The translations under genes and the position numbers were made by a program. 64,000 nt of DNA from Chlorokybus atmophyticus (Eukaryota > Plantae > Mesostigma and Chlorokybus algae): the NCBI GenBank assembly GCA_009103225.1, contig RHPI01000461.1, forward strand, positions 44,545 through 108,544, given 5' to 3'. Shown here one piece after another: positions 39,400 to 51,227 of the stretch. The notes below the pieces were generated by a model that worked only from the letters and a program-made list of their open reading frames with translations, did no database searches and was not told the DNA's origin. Every line of letters begins with the position of its first letter. Position 1 is the stretch's first letter.

Positions 39400-42200
39400 C
39401 CACCGCCCCCCTTCTCCCGCTTCTCCTTGAACCCTACTTTGTTTGACCCTCCGTGTACTGACAGTTAGTTGTGTAATTGTTGTTAGTTTTGCTGTTGTTG
39501 CAGCGACAGTGACAAGAGTAATGTGATTGCTGGTGGTGCTGCAACAATAACTGTCGCAGCACTGCCCCCCCCCCCCCTAGCCACTTTCTCCTACCCCTTC
39601 CCATGCCCCCTCCACAACAATTATCGTTGTTGTTCTGGTTGGTGGTGGTGAACGAGGCGCTGACTCCACCGAAACGGACGCCACGACCCTCGCATCCACC
39701 CTGGCGAGAACCTCCCCTGGCAACTTTAGTGGAACCCACTCGTCCAGTCCAAGCTCAAGTCCCTTGACGCCAAGTACGCCGCCACGACCAAGGTGAGGGA
39801 TCCCACGAGGACATCAGCGACTGGTGGGCACTCCATGCCTACGGGCTGGACATGCTCAAGGCACTAAACAAGGACGACAAGCATCCCTACCCGGAGCTGG
39901 AGCTGAGACGCAAGGAGGAGGCGGATTTCGCAGCCTGGAGGGCGTAGATGGAGGGACAGAACGTGGATGGCAAGATTGGCAACAGCACTGGGAACCATAC
40001 GGCGTTACTATCCAGCCCAGTCGTGTTCCTCTTCCTGGGGCAGGGGTCCCAAGCGATTGGCATGCTCAAGGTGCGTAAGGGAGATGGCTGTGAAGATGTT
40101 GAGTTGTTGGAGATGGTGGGGGTTGCTCACACGATGCATGTGCGCACATGCGTGCATGTATCGTGTGCAGATACAGCTGAGTGCGCGCACGTGTGCGCGT
40201 TTGCACGTGGCTCGAAGCAGGAAGCTCACATTGTGTGTTGTGTAACGATAATGTTTAGGAGAGTTTTGAGCTCCCTGCGGTAAAGGCCATGCTGGCCATG
40301 AAGGCCAAGGAGGTTATGGGCTACAACATCGAGATCAAAAGCTGATTGCAGACGGCCCTGTCGACCAGCTCAACGACACCAAGTACGCCCAGCCTGCGCT
40401 GCTCACCGCGGCCCTCGCCGCATGCAATGCCGTCGAGAAACCAAGGCAAGGGTTGTGTGCAGGAGTTCAAGGTGTTGCAAGCGATTGTCACACACAGGCC
40501 ATGCACGAGAACATGCAAGTACACGCGCACACACGCGCACCAAAAGTGCGTACATGCACGCATACGCACGCACGCACGCACGCACCAACTGAAAAGTCAA
40601 TATACACCAGCTGCCTTCATGCGCACCTCTCTTTCACTTGCATGTTGACTTGTGCGGCGCAGGCGGACAGGCCCGTGAAGGTGAAGTGCAGCGCCGCGGT
40701 GAGTCTGTCGTTGGGCGAGTACACGGCACTTGTATTGGCGGGCGCACTGTCATTCGAGAACGCCCTCAAGGTGGGTTTGTGACACACGCGTGCGCACGCA
40801 TGTGTGTGTACGCGTGTATGTCACTGTTGAAGTGTGTGTTCTAACCATTTGCTATTGTGTTGCTCCTGCAGCTTGCAAAGTTGTGCGGAGAGCATGGCGG
40901 CAGTGGCGCAGCCCAGCCGCCCGCGCAAGACGCTTTCGATCATCGGCCTTGACAACGCCGACATACGCCCTCTCATTGACCAGGTGCGTAGTGTGTGTGG
41001 GTAAATAATGTTGTTGTCATTGTCATTGGTAGTGGTGATAGACCAATGCCATACACAGGCGAAGAGCCTTTCCGGACACCGTGCTTAAAGTGGCCAACTA
41101 CCTCTTTTCTCAAAGCAGCGTCGTCTCAAGACACAAGGTGTGCCTTGATGTGGGTGTCGACACAACACCAATACGCACCACCACCACCACAACAACAACA
41201 ACAACAACAACACCATCAAGTGATGTGTAAAGCTTACAAACGACGCGCAGGCTGCACTGGATGCCTCTGGCAAGCTGGCGATACCGAAGGGTCATGCGTG
41301 CTACTTTTCTAGAGGTGTGCAATGCGGAGATCACAAGCTCTCAACCACATACGAGCACACACATACACACATGCCACATTTGTACGTGGGTAAACGTACA
41401 CAACCGTCATACAAGTACACACTTATGTGGGCACGTGCACGTGCATGCAGAGCGTGTGTATATGCATATATCCACGTACTGACGCACACATGTCACCACG
41501 CCCGCAGGCGAGCAGCGTTTTTTACAAGTTGTTGATGCGCCTGCGAGTGAGTCCTTTGTTGATGGCTCTGTCGGCTGTGGCGTGGAAGGATCCCGTCGTC
41601 CCCGTCTACAGCAACATCATGTGAACGCCATTTGCGATGCGAAGAGCATCCTGAACTGCTGTCGCCACAGGTGCGGGGGCGTCAGCTTGTGTGGGGCAAG
41701 TGTGTGTGCTGAAATGTGTATCTGCTGTACAACACACATTGATACCCACAAGCATTTACTACCTCAAGCAGCAGGCTGTTCAGCAATACGCGCATGTGCA
41801 CGTGTTCGCGCGCGCTCTTACACACACACGCGCCTGCATACAAGTACATCCACCCAGCCAGACACAACCAGCACGCAGTCATGTGCACCCGCGTGTGTGC
41901 GAGCGCATGCACGTGCACACACACGCTCACAATGACGCATGTGATATCACACAGCATCACCCCGCGGTGTGTATGCTGCGCTGTGTATGTATTATGCCGT
42001 CAATTGGATGAAACGGTGCGTGTGCAGTTGACCGAGCCCGTCCAGCGGGGTCCACATTCAGGGCGTTACTTCAGGCCAGCAAGGAGAACATGCTCGAGGT
42101 GGGGTCTTGAGCAGCAGAGCAAGGCCATGGTCAAGCATGGACCAGAGAGTGTGAAAGGGCGTCACCAACATCTCCAGTTGAACGTTTTTATGTGTGACTC
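39400..42200 (+). pseudogene. 5'-truncated, decayed copy 3 of the Ank-MAT gene
   Basis: Collinear with the parent from intron 1 and exon 3 to the last exon. Contains in-frame stops (e.g. CAACTTTAGTGG, AGGGCGTAGATG) and many indels. Confidence 0.92.
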
Positions 42201-42739
42201 ATAGAGCCAACAACTTCCTCACATCAAGCTACCGACCCAACATTATTGCAAGATGAGCGTGCATAGTTGTGAGCTTTGAACCGCCCTGTCATCAGCAGCA
42301 ATATATTACGAACTCAGACAGAAGGCAGCAGTCATGTGTGCAAGTCAAAGGGCATGCTTGGGCATGATTGATGACGGTCTTTGCATATGATTGCGCTCGC
42401 TTTCTAAAGGCACCTACACCAAGGTGGTTTGCATGTATAAACAACATCAATGTGGCTGGGTTTGCACATTGCTATTGAGCATAACTGTTTTGGCGTGTGG
42501 TGTATGCGGGGGCCTTTTCTCCATGATTCTGGAAGAATGACACAAATTGACTCACATGCTCAGTGCGAATTGCATGAACATGCTAACAGGAGCGATGATG
42601 GGGCATATGAACTTTCGCTGGATGTGTGCACCTCAACAAACAACCAGACAGGGGGTGAATGACAGCACTACGCGAGTGCAACTTGTGGTTCGTCCCGGCT
42701 CATGGGATTGTGTTGTGTCTCGCGCCATGCTGTAGTTTG

Positions 42740-42970
42740 TGACCAGACCAGTGTGGAGTTCCAAGTCCTCAGCTCGTCGTTGGCAATAGACTTGCAGGAG
42801 ACTGCCGCCAAACTACGCACTCGCCCACACCCTTGGGCTCGCCATCGTCAACCGCACCCACACCATCAACAACACCCACACTTCCATCAGGTACCGGTGC
42901 TGATGGGTCCACAGATGATGAGGTTGTGGACAACAACGGGCTCATCCTAGGCATTCGTCATTGGCACGCT
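42740..42970 (+). pseudogene. Block V copy 1: relic exon encoding a Ser/Thr/Pro-rich stalk and the start of a transmembrane helix
   Basis: Translates as TTHSPTPLGSPSSTAPTPSTTPTLPSGTGADGSTDDEVVDNNGLILGI and is homologous to 50570-50830. Confidence 0.5.
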
Positions 42971-43599
42971 TCCCCTAGATTGGCACTTAGTATGCGCGCA
43001 GCATGCTGGCAAGTCGAGGGGTGTGGCGGTGCGCGTTGCATGATGTGACATTTGTGAATGACAGCGTGCGAGGGGAGCAGATAAGCAGTCAACACAATAA
43101 CATGATTCCCTGATAAATGCGGCCGGCCGTGGGGGGTGATAGCTTCAAGCGCAGTAGGACGGTGAAGAGGGAGCCGTGGTTGCGGGGCAGGGGCAGGTCG
43201 ACGACAAGGGAGTGGAGGGACAGGCGAGTGATGATCCCAGCTGCGCCCACAGCTCAGTGGGGTTAGGGTACGAAGTCTCCGCTGTGGACATTTCAAATGT
43301 GCTTCGGGCCAAGAGGGCTGAAGGTGAGCATCAGCGGCAAGGGTGCGTGCGCTGGCTCCCAGTAAGCTTACTGATGATGCTGGGTGCTGGTCATGAGGGG
43401 AGGGTGTTAGGTGCGTGTGCGCGTGTTAACCATTCGCGTCGTCCCATGTTTATGTGTGCTGGTCCGCCGCATACCGCTTGCTGCCGGGCAGGCTCTGTCT
43501 GGTTTTGTGTGCGTGGCTGCCAGGATCAGGGGTTTCACGACTGCAGACAGCTAGCCAGCTGTGTGTGCTTGACCATGCCTGCCGCCTGATCCACGCACC

Positions 43600-44010
43600 G
43601 CACGCTGCAGAACAGCACAGGCAGGTCACGTCAGGGTTATACCAGCATGCTTTCATTCGTCCTGTTGATTGTCTCATGGGCCGGCGGCATCTGTGTGAAA
43701 GTATGCCCCCCCCACCATCGCTCCTGTGAGCATTTCTGTGCATTCGCGTTGGGCGTATAGGTTGATTGGCTCGTTCCATGCGCGCAAAATGCATGCTTGA
43801 CCTCCTCCTTGCTGTCGTGCAACTGGCATCAGCAATGCCAGGTTGCATGTCACACGCCAGCATGACTGTGTCGCACCTGTGCACAACATTTAGTGAACAA
43901 CCGCCACAGGTCTGTCTGCGGTTCATGTCTTTCAACATGTTTATTTGTATTCGCGTGCCTAGCTGTCACAGGGTCTGTTTACGTTGTTGTTGATATGTCC
44001 CTCAACTCAC
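43600..44010 (+). repeat. Block W (upstream of the ATPase)
   Basis: Homologous to 52640-53010 and to the reverse complement of 31050-31340 (CCATCATCGCTCCTGTGAGCATTTCTG, CTAGCTGTCACAGGGTCT). Confidence 0.75.
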
Positions 44011-44376
44011 ATGGTCAATTTTGGCTGTCTCACTCATGGTATGCGTCATAACACGAGCACAAAACACTATTCGTAACTACCAGCTCCCTTATTATTGTTA
44101 CGATGCAGGTGTCATCCTGACCAGGCCTTGAGGACAGATCAGTTTGCCCAACTTCCGCGGCTTCATTCGCTCACAACTTTGACGTCTTCAAGGTCTCTCT
44201 CTCTCTCTCTCTCTCGCTCGCTCGCTCCCTCTCTCCCCCTCTCCCCCTCTCTCCCCCTCTCTCCCCCTCTCTCCCCCTCTCTCCCCCTCTCTTCCCTCGT
44301 GAGGAGAACTGACTGTGCTATTGTTTGCCACAGAGCCGTTATCATTTTTACGCTTGGTTTCAGCGACTGAGCAAGC

Positions 44377-46779
44377 ATGATGTCTGCGTGTGCGATGCTG
44401 CCCGCAGCAGTTTTCGGCAACAGGCCTTCTCCTCCAGGCAGTGCCAGATTCAGTCCGCAAGCAGGCGGAGGGGTGCCAGACCACCGTGCTTGCTGTGTCC
44501 GGGGCGGCGTGGCTTCTTCAGCTCTTGCCTCCTCCCGCCTTCAGCATCGACAACGTCAATCAGAGTTGAAGCACCTACGCCATGCCATTGTGCCCTCTGC
44601 CGCTACTATTCCGCGCTCGCCAACTGTTGTTAGAGCAACTGCTGCACCTGGCGGCGACAGCAGCAGTGCCAAGACCTCTGCTGGTGGGCATTGCAGTCTA
44701 AGTCTAAGTCTCCTGCCTTGCCTGATGACCTGCTGCGTGTATGCATAGTAGACATGCAGGCTAGCTGTCAGATGCAGTGCAATGGACAGTTGAGGTGAAC
44801 CGTACATCATTCTCGCAGGAGCCAGCAAACCAGGGGACCTGTTTGACCGCGAATATGAGTTGGACCAGCTGGAAGCACTGTGCAGCGTCTACCCCCAAGG
44901 TATTTCTGTTATTTACGGTCCGCGTAACTGTGGCAAAACCAAGGTCTTGAAGGCTTTTGTGCAGCGAAGGGATTTGGAAGGCACCCGCAGTTACATTGAT
45001 TGCAGGGAGACGTTGATGTCCACACCCGCCGAGATGGCGGACGCCTTGCTTAACCTTCCATTGCCGGCCCTTGGTCTTCAACTGCCAAAAAAAGCTCTTT
45101 CTTTGCTGGCCAAACTACCGAACATTCCTTGGGTGGTGCGGCTACTTTTCCTGGCTTTAGCTGTCACTCCAACAATAGAGGGTTTTACTTTTGCGGCGAG
45201 ATCAGCTGGATTTGTTGACACTTATGACAAGGTGCGTCGCGATGAGGCCGAGAAGGTGTCTGCCCCGCAAATCACAAGAGAGCCCGCTTCCCTCAAGTCG
45301 GTCTTGGCCGCGTACAGCGCTCTACTGGATGAATGGGAGAGGGCACGGAGGGAAGGTGAAATCAAAGCAAAGGGTTATCCCCTGCTAGTGATTGATGAAG
45401 CCAACGTCATTATGGACTGGTCCGATGACTACCTCACTGATCTTAAAGCACTGGTGAGGTTTCTTATCCGCAACACAAAGCAAGAGGGTCGTGCCCATGT
45501 GATACTCGTCACATCGGACTCTGCGTTTATCAGCTGGTTGACACAAAGTAAGTCATTGCAAGCTGTGCATGCGGCGATGCTTGTATCATGACAGTACTTC
45601 ATGTGCCCAATGTGTTATGTTGAGGCAACAATCACGCTTGTGAGCTCGTGCAACTGGACCAGGCCCAGACATGTTATGTCAAGAGGGATGCGTGACGGCA
45701 CCTGGCTTAATTGCATATCTGGCGTGTGTGCAGATGTAGGTGTGGAATTTTACCAAACCTATGCGATCGGTGAGTTCACAGAAGGAGAGGCGCGAGGATT
45801 CATTTCTGGCCAATTGCAATCGCTCGGGACAACTGCTCCAAGCGATGCCGAATGGAGTCTGATCTACAATGTGGGTACACATTATTCATAACATGTGTTG
45901 TTCGCATTGCCCTCATAGTGCAGGCTCGGTTTGCTAATGGTGGTCTGCATATAGGCTTGCGGTGGGAATGCAGGTGTTCTAAGAAATGCCGCTGCCAGTT
46001 ACGTGCAGTTTGGTTCATGGCAGGAAGGTGCGTTTCATCCAAGCAACAGCAGAAGTTGAATGGTTTGATTGTGGAATTGGTATTGATGTTTGGTGCAATG
46101 TCGCTGGAAGTAAAGCATTCAGTCAATTGAACTAATATGAGAGGCTAATTGGTTTTGAGAGTGGCATCCTAGTCGATGATGGTTGTTTGTCGTGCAGCTG
46201 TTGAGAGAGTCCTTCGGGACATTCGATCCGAAGTGCAACGCGGGTATGCCCCGTTGAGCGGTGCGGGGTTTGAGAGGAAGCATTTTGAGACAACCGTTGC
46301 TGCCATCCTCAACTCGACGTATATGGCTGTAAATGCGGATCAGCTGGAGCCGGATGTACCGCCTGACGCGTTGAATGCGCTGATTGCGGCCAATCTGCTG
46401 AGCATTCGGTGCTCTCCCGAGTGGGCGCGTGATGTTGATGCACGTGCCTTTGGCCCCGGAACTGGTAGGGCGAGGTTGGTAACCGCACCGAATTCCCCAC
46501 ACCTCGCTGTATGGCGGGAACGTGCTTCGGTGAGTGCACAACTTCTGCTCTTGTTGACATGCTTAACGTGTTGCATGTGTCATCGCCAGTGTCATTCTGC
46601 CATGACACGCCACTAATTGACTAATGTCACTCCAATATGACACTGTTGTGTTGTCGGGTCGGGTCGTCGCAACCAAGGATGTTGCTTAAAGGAACGCTTA
46701 AAAATACGATTTATTTCGGTTTCATGTATCTTGACAGAAGGCACCATCAGCTGACAACGCTTCAACGCAAGTGGCGTAA
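44377..46779 (+). CDS. P-loop ATPase paralog C (ATPase_2/AAA_16-like, STAND-related), intact, 6 exons, with a putative organellar transit peptide
   Basis: Exons 44377-44683, 44819-45547, 45734-45870, about 45955-46028, about 46199-46529 and 46738-46779 join in phase. Motifs are DLFDREYELDQL, Walker A GPRNCGKT, SYIDCR, Walker B LLVIDEAN, TKQEGRAHVILVTSDSAF and ACGGNAG, followed by a winged-helix-like C-terminus. Confidence 0.9.
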
Positions 46780-47019
46780 GCTACTGATGGATGTTGTTAG
46801 TGGGTTTCGGGTCCCATCGTAAACCGCTTCACAGCAGCCTTGACTGAAAGGCAACTCATCCCAGCGTCCAAAGGATGAGGTCTGGTTGAAGCGAGTGCTT
46901 GTTGTGATGTTGGTGTGTGTTTTGCTGTGTTGTGTACTCTGCAATGACATACGTAGAGCCATTGACCTTGTGTGTGTTGTGTATTTAAGTTGAATCCTCC
47001 TTGGATTAACTGTCCTTAG

Positions 47020-49750
47020 CCTGACATTTAGTTGTGCAATTGTTGTGTATTTTGCTGTTGTTGCAGCGACAGTGACAAAATTGATGTGATTGCTGTTGGT
47101 GCTGCAACAATAACTGTCACAGCACTGCCCCCCCTAGGCTTTCTCCTACCCCTTCCCATTCCCCCTTTGCAACAGTTACCGTTGTTGTTGTTGTTGTTGT
47201 TGTTGGCGAGCAAGGCGCTGACCCCACAAAGACGAACGCTACGACCCTAACATCAACCCTGGCGAGAACCTACCCTGGCAGATTCAGTAGAGTGCAGTCG
47301 TCCAGACCAAGTTCAAGTCCCTTGACGCCAAGTATGCCGCCATGGCCAAGGTGAGGGATCCCCATGAGGACATTGGCGACTGGTGGGCACTCTACGACTA
47401 CGGGCTGGACATCCTCAAGGCATGGAATGAGGACTGCAAGCATCCCTACCCCCGGAGCTGGAGCTGAGACGCAAGAAGGAGGAGGAGATCACAGCCTGGA
47501 GGGAAGGAAGGTGGGTGACCATGTTGGCAACAGCAATGGGAACCATACCGCGCCTTACTACCTGAAGATCTATCCAGCCCAGTCGTGTTCCTCTTGCCGG
47601 GGCAGGGGTCCCAAGCGATTGGCATGCTCAAGGTGCGCAAGGGAGATGGCCGTGAGGTTGTTTACGATGAGTTGTTGGAGATGGTGGGGGTTGCTCGCAC
47701 GATGCATATGCGTGTGCACACATGTGTGCATGTATGTGTGCGGATACAGTTGAGTGTGCGCGCTTTTGCACGTGTGTGTTGGCTTCCTTGAAGCTAGGAA
47801 GCTCACATTGTGTATAGTGTAAAGACAATGTTCAGGAGAGTTTGAGGCTCCCTGTAGTGAAATGCCATGCTCGCCAAGGAGGTTCTGGGCTACAACGTTG
47901 AAAAGCTGATTGCAGACGGCCCTGTCAACCATCTCAACGACACCAAGTACGCCCAGCTTGTGCTGCTCACCGCGGCCCTCTTCGCCATCAAGAAAACCAA
48001 GGCAAGGGGTTGCTTGCAGGAGTTGCAAACAATTGTCACACACACACGCCATGCAATGCGGACACATACGCATATGCACATGCACGCATGTGTGCGCACA
48101 AGTACGTGCACACGCACGCATACGCGTGTGCATAGGCACACACGCGCGCATCATCTGGAAAGTCAATACCATCCAACTGTCTTCTTGCACCTCTCTCACA
48201 CTTGCATGTTGACTTGTGCGGCGCAGGCGGAAAGGCCCGTGAAGATGAAGAAATGAAGCGCGGCGGGTCTGTCATTGGGCAAGTACCCAGCACTCGCTTT
48301 CGCGGGCGCATTGTCGTTTGAGAACGCCCTCAAGGTGGGTTTGTGGATACGCGCGCGCGCACGCATGTGTGTGTACGTGTATATGTCAGTGTTTATGTGT
48401 GTGTTCCAACCATATGCTGTTGTGTTGCTCCTGCAGCTTGTGAAGTTGTGCGGAGAGCATGGCGGCAGCGGCGCAGCGCAGCCGCCCGGACAAGATGCTT
48501 TCGGTCATCGGCGTTGACAACGCAGACATACGCCCTCTCGTTGACCAGGTGCGTAGTGTTGTTGTCATCATTGGTATTGGTAGTGGTGATAGACCAAACT
48601 TGCAATGCCATACACAGGCGAAGAGCCTCCCCGCGGACACCGTACTCGAGGTCGCCAACTACCTCTCTTCTCAAGGCAGAGTCGTCTCGGGACACAAGGT
48701 GTGCCTTGATGTGGGTGTCGACACACCACCACCACCACCACCATAACAACAGCATCAAGTAATGTGTCAAGCTTCTCAACTACGCGCAGGCTGCACTGGA
48801 TGCCTCTGGCAAGCTGGCGATACAGAAGGGCGCCATGCGCGCTACTCTTCTAGAGGTGTGCAATGCGGAGTTCACAAGCTCTCAACCACATACGAGCATA
48901 CACGTACATACATGCCCACATTTGTACATGGGCATCAGACACAAACATCATGCAGATACACACTCACATGTGGGCATGTGCACTTGCATGCAGAGCGTGT
49001 GTATCTGCATGTATCCACGTACTCACGCACACAAGTCACCACGCCCGCAGGTGAGCAGCGGTTTGCACGTCGTTGATGCGCCTGCGAGTGAGTCCTTTGT
49101 TGACGGCTCTGTCGGCTGTGGCGTGGAAGGATCCCGTTGTCCCCGTCTACAGCAAGCTCTTCGCATCGCAAATGGCGTCATGTGATTGCCATTTGCGATG
49201 CGAAGAGCATCCCGAACTGCTGTCGCCACAGGTGCGGGGGGGTGTCAGCTTGTGTGGGGCAAGTGTGTGTGCTGAGGTGTGTATCTGCTGTACAACACAC
49301 ATTGATACCCGCAAGCACTTATGACCTCATGCAACAAGCTGTTCAACAATACGCGCATGCGCAAGTGTACGCGCGCACGCTTACGCACATGCATGCAGGT
49401 ACATCCGCCCAGGACCACACATACGCGCGCACTCACGTCCACCTGCGTATGTGCGAGCGCATGCACGTGCACACACACGCACGCAATGACACACATGAAA
49501 TCACACATCATCACCCCGCGGTGTGTATGCTGCGCTGCGTGCCTAGCACGCCGTCGATTGGATGGAACGGCGCGTGTGCAGTTGTTACCGAGCCCATCCA
49601 GTGGGAGTCCACATTCAGGACGCTAATCCAGGCCAACAAGGAGAACATGCTCGAGGTGGGGTCTTGAGCAGCAGAGCAAGGCCATGGTCAAGCATGGACC
49701 AGAGAGTGTGGAAGGGCGTCACCAACATCTCAGTTGAGCGTTTTTATGTG
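47020..49750 (+). pseudogene. 5'-truncated, decayed copy 4 of the Ank-MAT gene
   Basis: Collinear with the parent from intron 1 and exon 3 to the last exon, with stops (CAGTAGAG, GAAATGAAGCG, GGGTCTTGAGCAG) and indels. Confidence 0.92.
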
Positions 49751-50569
49751 TGACTCATAGAGGCAACAACTTCACATCAAGCTAACGACCCAACATTATT
49801 GCAAAATGAGTGTGCATAGTTGTGAGCTTTTGGACAGCCCTGTCATCAGCAGCGACGTATGACTTACTCAAACACAAGGCAGCATTCATGTGTGCAAGCC
49901 AAGGGGCAGGATTGGGCGTGATGGATGACAGTCTGTGCATATGATTGCGCTCACTCTGCGGAGGCACCTGCAACAACGTGGTTCGCATCAACAATAACAT
50001 CAATGTGGCTAGGTTTGCACATTGCTACTGAGCATAAGTGTTTTGGCGTGCGCAATGTATGCGCGGGCCTTGTTCACGTTTCTGAAATGACACAAGTCGA
50101 CTCGCGCCCAGCGAGAATTGCAATCACATGCTCACAGGAGCGATGATGGGGCACGCGAACTTCCACTAGACGCGTGCACCTCAACAAGCAACCAGACAGG
50201 GGATGAATGAAAGCACTACACGAAGGAGGAGTGCAATCTTGCGCTCGTTCCAGCTCATGCGATTGTGTTGTGTCTCGCGCCATGCCGCAGTCCCACTTTA
50301 ACAAGTAAGCAATGACACGGCACACGTTACTACCTTGCCTGGGACTGAGCTGCTCTCGCATGCTGAACCAGCCCCAGCATTACCAGCATCATGTCTTCCC
50401 TCCTTGCTGCCAACAGCGCACCTGAGTTCCAAGCCTCCCTGACGGTAACATATGTTGTTGCGCACCCAATTGTTCAAATGGTGGTGCGCATCGCAGCTGC
50501 TTGCTGAGAGATTGTCCGACACGCATGTGTGCACAGGCAAACGCTGCCAACAGCCACATCAATCAACCA

Positions 50570-51125
50570 AGACAACCTCCCTGCGGGACGTTAGTGACCA
50601 GACCATTGTGGAGTTTCTCGGCTCGTCTTTGGAGATGCGCGAGGGCGTGCAGGAGACTGATGCCACAACTACGCACTCGCCCACATCACCCTTGGGCTCG
50701 CCATTTTCAACCACACCCACATCATCGACAACACTCACACCCCCATCAGATGTGGGGGTGCTGATGGGTCCACAGTTGATGAGGTTGTGGATGACAGCGG
50801 GCTCATCGCAGGCATCGTCATTGGCACGCTTGCTGCGGCATGTCGCCAATAACAGCCCTCGTCTCTCCTTCCTCTGCAAGAGAAGGGGCGCAACCGACAA
50901 AGGTTAAGGAGGATTCCAACATGGCAAGCGCATGCTGGACAGCGTGGTCATTATGGCTTCGGCCACGCAACGGGCTGACCGGTATGATGCTGCTACTGCA
51001 ATTTGAACACAGGATGCAGCCTCTCAATACCTGAGCAAAACTTCCGCTAGTTGGCAGCTTCTTGCACAGAACATTAGCCGCTCACCTGCTGGCCTGAAGC
51101 GGTCGTTGGAACTCGTAGGTCATGA
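50570..51125 (+). pseudogene. Block V copy 2 plus block U: relic of a single-pass membrane protein
   Basis: TTTHSPTSPLGSPFSTTPTSSTT...GADGSTVDEVVDDSGLIAGIVIGTLAAA, followed (with frameshifts) by AITALVS and FLCKRRG. The U segment recurs at 60920-61090. Confidence 0.5.
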
Positions 51126-51227
51126 GCCTTATAGCAGGCCTCCCAAGACGCGGATTCGTCAAGCTCAATGTGTTACCTCATGGCGTCCTGCATTGCAAAC
51201 TCCACTAAAACCTTTGCAAAGCCAACC

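Noticed and set aside
39133-39660. Chimeric ATPase-MAT fusion protein
   Set aside because: All ATPase copies end in a conserved TAA, and the downstream MAT relics have multiple stops and frameshifts.
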